DNA from: Theionarchaea archaeon
Lineage (GTDB): Archaea > Methanobacteriota_B > Thermococci > Methanofastidiosales > SZ-28-30
Assembly (NCBI GenBank): GCA_018992685.1
Contig: JACVGT010000018.1
Location: 32,001 to 96,000 of the forward strand
Length of the DNA stretch: 64,000 nucleotides
Direction of reading: 5' to 3'
Part shown: positions 58,553 to 64,000 of the stretch, one piece after another
How positions within the stretch are numbered: the stretch's first letter is position 1
How the letters are laid out: every line of letters starts with the position of its first letter
The notes under the pieces: model-generated
Seen by the model: only the letters and a program-made list of their open reading frames with translations
Databases searched by the model: none
Told to the model about the DNA's origin: nothing
Program-made: the position numbers and the translations under genes

Positions 58553-59974
58553 ATGAAGAAATATGTGGTATTGGCCTTGCTCTTGCTTGTAGTCAGTTCG
58601 AATGCTGTGGTATCTCAGCCATTTACCGCAACTGTCGCCCTGTTCCCCGGATGTGGTCTGCAGTACTGGTATGGCCAGGAGGTGTGCGGGGAGATTGTGG
58701 TCTCTGATGATGCCTGGGTTACCCGATGGGTTGAGGACCAGTACGGGAATATCTGGTATCACTGGGGTACTCGGTACTACACGGCAGGTGTTCACCACTT
58801 CTGTGGATACATGGGATTACCCATAGGAGTCCATGTCATGAACATTGAAGCACAGCGGATCTCTGATGGTGCCATTGCCACTGACCAGTGCCAGTATACG
58901 GTATGCTGCGTCAGCTCGATATGGATACCTGGCAGACCTTCCTGTAATTGTGAGGATGTGACCTTTTCTGTTGATATTGACAAAAGAGAGGGTTCTCCAG
59001 GAGACTACATTACCGTGGTGGTGACAGCCACCAACGACATGGGAGGTGACTGCAACAAGAAGTTTGATGCAGGGCATCTCGAGATTGACTGGGGAATTCT
59101 CGGCGGCAACACGTCACCTCTGGAAAAGGATGTTCTGGTTAGACCCGGGGACACCAAGACCATTCTGGAAGAGACTCATTTGATACCCTTGATCCCTGAA
59201 GGAGATTACAATGTGGTGGTCTACTACTCTGATTCTGAATGCACCTGGATAGATTATACAATGATATCTGTTGTCTTGACGACTGAAGGCTCTCTTGAAG
59301 TCTTATCATATCCTGACATCATGAATGTGGATGAAAAAGGTCGCGTACGGGTCTTGGTACGAAATAAGAGCCAAAAAGAGGCTGAATTTACCTTGGTTGC
59401 CAGTGCTCCATCTGAGATTCATCTGCTTCAGAATAGATACACGGTTACTATTCCTCGAGCCGGGTACACTCAGATTGATGTGGCATTTCAGCCAGAGGAG
59501 AGAGGAACATACTCTCTCGAACTGGAGCTGACCAGTGAAGGCCAGTCTCTGGGGCACACAGTGGTCAGCATCCAGGTGGAAAAACCCATATCTGGACAGC
59601 TGGAAGTTATTCACCCGCCTGATGACGTCTCGAAGACTGAAAGTACTGTTGCTGTGCTACGCATAACAAACACGGGACAGTACGACACAGACTATCGACT
59701 GACTGCTTCAGCAGAAAATGTTGAGATTCAACCCATATCTGACTTCTTCGTGCCCGGGTCTCAAAACAGAGAAGTTCAGATCTACATGACCCCCCTGGCT
59801 GAGGGAGTGCATCAGGTGACCTTTCAACTTCTGGCAGAGGACCACCTTATGGACTCGGCCTCAGTCGCCTTTGAGACAACCAAGAGCCCTCCTCTGCTCA
59901 TGATAGGTGGAATTGTCACAGTTGTAGTTGTCCTGGTAGGAATAGCACTCATGTACTACGCCCTCAGAAGATGA
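58553..59974 (+). CDS. Surface protein with Ig-like domains and C-terminal TM anchor
   Basis: Signal peptide, Cys-containing N-terminal domain, repeated V.N...G.Y beta domains, C-terminal TM plus RR. Confidence 0.75.
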   Translation: MKKYVVLALLLLVVSSNAVVSQPFTATVALFPGCGLQYWYGQEVCGEIVVSDDAWVTRWVEDQYGNIWYHWGTRYYTAGVHHFCGYMGLPIGVHVMNIEAQRISDGAIATDQCQYTVCCVSSIWIPGRPSCNCEDVTFSVDIDKREGSPGDYITVVVTATNDMGGDCNKKFDAGHLEIDWGILGGNTSPLEKDVLVRPGDTKTILEETHLIPLIPEGDYNVVVYYSDSECTWIDYTMISVVLTTEGSLEVLSYPDIMNVDEKGRVRVLVRNKSQKEAEFTLVASAPSEIHLLQNRYTVTIPRAGYTQIDVAFQPEERGTYSLELELTSEGQSLGHTVVSIQVEKPISGQLEVIHPPDDVSKTESTVAVLRITNTGQYDTDYRLTASAENVEIQPISDFFVPGSQNREVQIYMTPLAEGVHQVTFQLLAEDHLMDSASVAFETTKSPPLLMIGGIVTVVVVLVGIALMYYALRR

Positions 59975-60131
59975 CACTCAACCGGCCCCTCTCAGACCGC
60001 AGTCAGACTTCAGCCAGTGAGAGCACGGATCCTGAGAACAGGCTACCATGACCACTGGAAACTCTCCTCCTGACAGGATAACCATCAAATCGGGACGCCA
60101 AAAGTTAAAAAGCACTATTCGATCATAATTC

Positions 60132-61379
60132 ATGAATATCCAACTGATTCCTGAGAAGGACCTTCATGACTTTATTACCATAGTGGCCAATGCGTATCCT
60201 AGGATGAAGCTATCTACTCCTGAGGAGAGAGACCGAACCAGGAGTCTGCTTCTCAAACTGCAGAATGAAGAACCCACAACACACATTTACGGATTTTATG
60301 AGGATGGAACCTTAAGGGGAGGAATGATACTCTATGATTTCACTATGACAATGTTTTCAGTGCCTGTCCTCGTTGGAGGAGTCGGCCTGGTAGCGGTGGA
60401 TCTTATCCATAAGAGAGAAAAAGTCTGCAAGGAAATGATCTCCTTCTTCCTTGATTACTATAAGAAAAAGGGGTCTTTCTTAACTTCACTGTATCCATTT
60501 CGCCCTGATTTCTATAAAGAGATGGGATTTGGATTTGGGACGAAAATGCACCAGTACCGTCTTCACCCTGAACAGCTACCTGCCAGAACAAAAGAACACA
60601 TCCACTTCTTGTCCAAGAAGGATACGGCGGCTCTGGTGGACTGTTACAACCGATATGCTGCAACAACACACGGAATGATGAAATTGACCAGCGAGAGAAA
60701 AGTGGAACGGATAATGGAAGATCCTCTTACCCGGATTGTGGGATATAAGACCGGGAATTCCATTCAGGGCTACCTTGTCTTCATGTTCAAGGAAGCTGAG
60801 ACAGAGAATTTTGTCATCAATGACATCAGGGTCAGAGAATTCATTTATGAAACCACAGAGGCCTTCTGGGAATTGTTGACATTTCTTCACAGCCAGAAGG
60901 ATCAAATTCGTTACTGCATGATTAATACCCAAGATGAGTACTTCCACCACGTACTTGATGATCCCCGGTACGGAGAGGACATGCTGATGCCACACATCTA
61001 CCATGAGACTGATCGAGATGGGATTGGCCTCATGTACCGAATCATTGACGTAAAAAGAGCTTTTGAAGTTCTCAAAGATCACAATTTTGGAGGCATAGAC
61101 TGCAGATTGCGTATTGATATCCAGGATGGGTTCTTTCCTGAGAATCAAGGGAGCTACATTGTCCATTTTGAAGAAGGAATTCCTCAACTGGGAAGAAACG
61201 ATTTTGAAGTGAGTATTCACCTTAAAATTTCTGATTTCACGTCCCTGATCATGGGGATTGTTCCTTTTGATAGGTTGTGCACATATGGATTGGCAGAGAT
61301 CTCTGATTCCGGCTATGTAGATGTGGTTACACGTCTTTTTGCATGGGCAGAGAAGCCAGTGTGTACCACAGAGTTTTAA
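60132..61379 (+). CDS. Eis-like GNAT acetyltransferase
   Basis: GGVGLVAV..H, LYPFRPDFYKEMGFG, MYRIIDV, SCP2-like C-terminus. Confidence 0.88.
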   Translation: MNIQLIPEKDLHDFITIVANAYPRMKLSTPEERDRTRSLLLKLQNEEPTTHIYGFYEDGTLRGGMILYDFTMTMFSVPVLVGGVGLVAVDLIHKREKVCKEMISFFLDYYKKKGSFLTSLYPFRPDFYKEMGFGFGTKMHQYRLHPEQLPARTKEHIHFLSKKDTAALVDCYNRYAATTHGMMKLTSERKVERIMEDPLTRIVGYKTGNSIQGYLVFMFKEAETENFVINDIRVREFIYETTEAFWELLTFLHSQKDQIRYCMINTQDEYFHHVLDDPRYGEDMLMPHIYHETDRDGIGLMYRIIDVKRAFEVLKDHNFGGIDCRLRIDIQDGFFPENQGSYIVHFEEGIPQLGRNDFEVSIHLKISDFTSLIMGIVPFDRLCTYGLAEISDSGYVDVVTRLFAWAEKPVCTTEF

Positions 61380-61463
61380 ATGGAAATTTCAGGCCGGAAG
61401 CGGGACTGATCAGGAAAGGGAGACCACTACTTTAATGGTTTTCCGGAGAAACCTTGAGCAGTC

Positions 61464-62267
61464 CTATCTCCTTTGTGCCTTCAAGACTGTTGAACCCAGC
61501 AACACGCCTCCCAGGACCAGAACGATGGTTGCACCTGAGGGCAAATCACCAACATAGGATATGAACAATCCTGTCACAGTTCCCATGACTCCAATGACCA
61601 CGGATAATATCATCATTTTTTTCACATTGAAGGTGAAATACCTTGCAATTGCCGCAGGCATGGTCAGCAGAGCAATTACCAGGACAACTCCCACCACACG
61701 TATCAGTGCCACAACACTCAGTCCCACCAGGCAGAGCAGAAGCAAATTCAACCACTGGGCAGGAATCCCCACCACCGTGGAGAACTCTTCATCAAAAGAC
61801 AGTCCCACAAACTCCTTATAGAACAGAAAAACACCTCCCAGGATCAAAACATCCAGGATCAGCATCATTATAAGATCCTGCCGTGGGACAGTGAGAATGC
61901 TCCCAAATAGGTAACTGAATAAATCAGGGGCATATCCCTCACTCATGTGAATAAATACCACACCAGATGCCATCCCCAGTGTCCACAATACTCCGACGGC
62001 TGCATCTTCCCCCATGTCTGCTTTCTTGCTCAGCATCCCGATTCCAACTGCTGACATCACACTGAAGGGGATGGCTGCCACAATGGGGCTTATTCCCACA
62101 AGGTACCCCAGGCCAATGCCTCCGAATGCAGCGTGGGCGATTCCCCCACTGATGAAGACGATCTTCCGGATGACTACAAATGTGCCCACCACTCCACATG
62201 CAATGCTCACCAGTGCTGCAGCTGCCAGTGCGTTCCTCATGAATTCATACTCAAGGATTTCAATCAT
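61464..62267 (-). CDS. znuB: Zn/Mn ABC transporter permease
   Basis: GIAHAAFGG, YLFGSIL, SFDEEF, DLPSGATIV. Confidence 0.9.
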   Translation of the reverse strand: MIEILEYEFMRNALAAAALVSIACGVVGTFVVIRKIVFISGGIAHAAFGGIGLGYLVGISPIVAAIPFSVMSAVGIGMLSKKADMGEDAAVGVLWTLGMASGVVFIHMSEGYAPDLFSYLFGSILTVPRQDLIMMLILDVLILGGVFLFYKEFVGLSFDEEFSTVVGIPAQWLNLLLLCLVGLSVVALIRVVGVVLVIALLTMPAAIARYFTFNVKKMMILSVVIGVMGTVTGLFISYVGDLPSGATIVLVLGGVLLGSTVLKAQRR

Positions 62268-63009
62268 CAGTGTGCCTCCTCAGTACTCGATGAGGTATCC
62301 CGTGGGCTAGAACCTCAACGGGACACTGATACACCTGTTCCAGCTGGTTCAGGGCTCCTTCTGCAGGACCATGATAGTACAGTTTCCGGTTGAGGCAGGC
62401 CACACTGTCCACATATACACTGACCACACTGATATCGTGCGTCACCAGGAGAATGGCCATCTTTTCCTTTAGAGAAGTCAATAACTCATAGAATGCTTTC
62501 CGTGCATCGGGATCAATACTCGCTGTCGGTTCATCAAGTAGCAAGAGCCGGGGCTGACGAACCAGGGCACGAGCCAGAAATACGCGCTGCTGTTCACCTC
62601 CGGAGAGGGTACCGATCCTCCTGTCTTTGAACTTGGCCATCTCCACCGTCCTGAGCGCATCCATAACGACCTCTTTATCCTCTTCAGAATGGGGGGAAAG
62701 AAGACCTTTGTAGCGACCCATTAAGACGACATCAAACACTGAAATGGGAAAGGCACTGTCAAATTGAATGTCCTGGGGCACATACCCGATCTGCTTTCTC
62801 CCAATCTTGGGTGGAGAACCAAAAACAGTCACGGAGCCCTTTGCTGGCTGTATCAAGCCTAGTATGACCTTGAGCAATGTTGTCTTCCCCGCTCCATTGG
62901 GACCAATTATGGACAGAAAATCATGGTCATTGACGACAAGAGATACATCTTCCAGCTGGGGAGAATGATCATAGTACACCCACACATTCAATACTTCTGC
63001 GAGAGACAT
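62260..63009 (-). CDS. znuC: Zn/Mn ABC transporter ATP-binding protein
   Basis: GPNGAGKTT, GYVPQ, LSGGEQQR, LLDEP, VTHD. Start ATG 63009. Confidence 0.9.
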   Translation of the reverse strand: MSLAEVLNVWVYYDHSPQLEDVSLVVNDHDFLSIIGPNGAGKTTLLKVILGLIQPAKGSVTVFGSPPKIGRKQIGYVPQDIQFDSAFPISVFDVVLMGRYKGLLSPHSEEDKEVVMDALRTVEMAKFKDRRIGTLSGGEQQRVFLARALVRQPRLLLLDEPTASIDPDARKAFYELLTSLKEKMAILLVTHDISVVSVYVDSVACLNRKLYYHGPAEGALNQLEQVYQCPVEVLAHGIPHRVLRRHTDD

Positions 63010-63010
63010 T

Positions 63011-63865
63011 TCACACCTCCATAAAGGCCTGTGCCACTTTGAACAGGTTCTCAACGTAGTTCTTCTCCAGAGGATCTACCAGCACCACCTTCCCGCCGAT
63101 TTCTCTGGCAATAACCTCAGCCGGTTGTCTGTTCACCTGCGGGGATACAAAAATCACTGTAATATGCTCCTTTCTGGCCAGATCGATGAGTCGAGCTATG
63201 TCCTGGGGAGTGGGATCTTTCCCTTCTTTTTCAATAGGAATCTCTTCCAGTCCGTACTCTCTACAGAAATAACCCCATGAAGGATGGTATACTATGAGTT
63301 TGGTGAGAGAAGCAGGAAGAGCTTCCCGTATTCTGTGATCCAGAGTTTCAAGCTCCTGGAGGTATCGTTCCTTGTTTTCTGTGTAATAATCAACAGAGTC
63401 TGGATCGACTGCTACCAGTCCCTGGAATATGTTTTCTACCATGATGGCTGCGTTCCTTGGGGAAAGCCAGACATGAGGATTAGTCCCTCCATGATCGTCA
63501 CCGTCATGATCCCTGGATATGAGTTCTATCCCTTTGCTGCAGTCAATGACAGCCATATCTCTGTTCATGCTGATAATTCTATCCATCCAGCCCAGTTCGA
63601 ACTCTATTCCTGAACCCACAGCACAATACAGAGAAGCTGTGCTGACCTGAATTAACTGGTCAGGCGCAGGTTCATAAGAGTGGGGACTGGCCCCGGGAGG
63701 TATCATGACTGTCACAATAACTCTGTCCCCTCCAACCTTTTCCACAAACTCGGCTTGAGGAAGTATGGAAACGATAACGCCGATTCTTCCGGTGGCTTCA
63801 GGCTGTGGGCCTGACGTGCATCCGGCTGATAAGATCAGTACAATGAGGAGGAGTCGCTTTGTCAT
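63011..63865 (-). CDS. znuA: Zn/Mn ABC transporter substrate-binding lipoprotein
   Basis: SAGC lipobox, PHSYEP, DHDGDDH loop, NPHVWLSP, YHPSW, DPL. Confidence 0.92.
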   Translation of the reverse strand: MTKRLLLIVLILSAGCTSGPQPEATGRIGVIVSILPQAEFVEKVGGDRVIVTVMIPPGASPHSYEPAPDQLIQVSTASLYCAVGSGIEFELGWMDRIISMNRDMAVIDCSKGIELISRDHDGDDHGGTNPHVWLSPRNAAIMVENIFQGLVAVDPDSVDYYTENKERYLQELETLDHRIREALPASLTKLIVYHPSWGYFCREYGLEEIPIEKEGKDPTPQDIARLIDLARKEHITVIFVSPQVNRQPAEVIAREIGGKVVLVDPLEKNYVENLFKVAQAFMEV

Positions 63866-64000
63866 ATTACCATATATATAAAGTGTTATTAGTATATAAG
63901 GATTTGGACAATAATCTTTATGATGAATGCATCATTATCTTAATAAGGCAAAAAGTGAAGAAGAGTTGTCCATAGCGAACGGAGGCAAGAATCGAGACAC

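Overview
This is an archaeal chromosome segment. It carries PolD DP1/DP2, the RFC small subunit, NIP7, UPF0147, DUF373, a PRC-barrel protein, BRE/TATA promoters and GGTGA ribosome-binding sites. A Thermococci-related lineage such as Theionarchaea is my inference only. Most genes are housekeeping, transport, GNAT or lipoprotein genes, and there is one tRNA-Gln(TTG). I saw no CRISPR array, transposase or integrase. Two radical SAM loci stand out. (1) 25466-28354: a single-pass membrane protein whose C-terminus is a 10-Cys alternating tail (CVCACVSCACACACVSCACACASGGGF) is followed 9 bp later by a PqqD/RRE-fused radical SAM-SPASM enzyme. This looks like a RiPP-like substrate built into a membrane protein. 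(2) 35319-42626: a RiPP-like cluster with a tandem-PqqD protein, three rSAM-SPASM enzymes, a methyltransferase, a nitroreductase and a GT4 glycosyltransferase. It also holds an unannotated 3' remnant of a probable fourth rSAM. It contains no precursor, but a 57-aa candidate lies at 31590-31763. Smaller observations are a probable double-length UvrA, a TetR operator pair, a 17-aa ORF with full expression signals, and a low-complexity protein with a probable ATT start. All family names come from motif recognition, not database searches.
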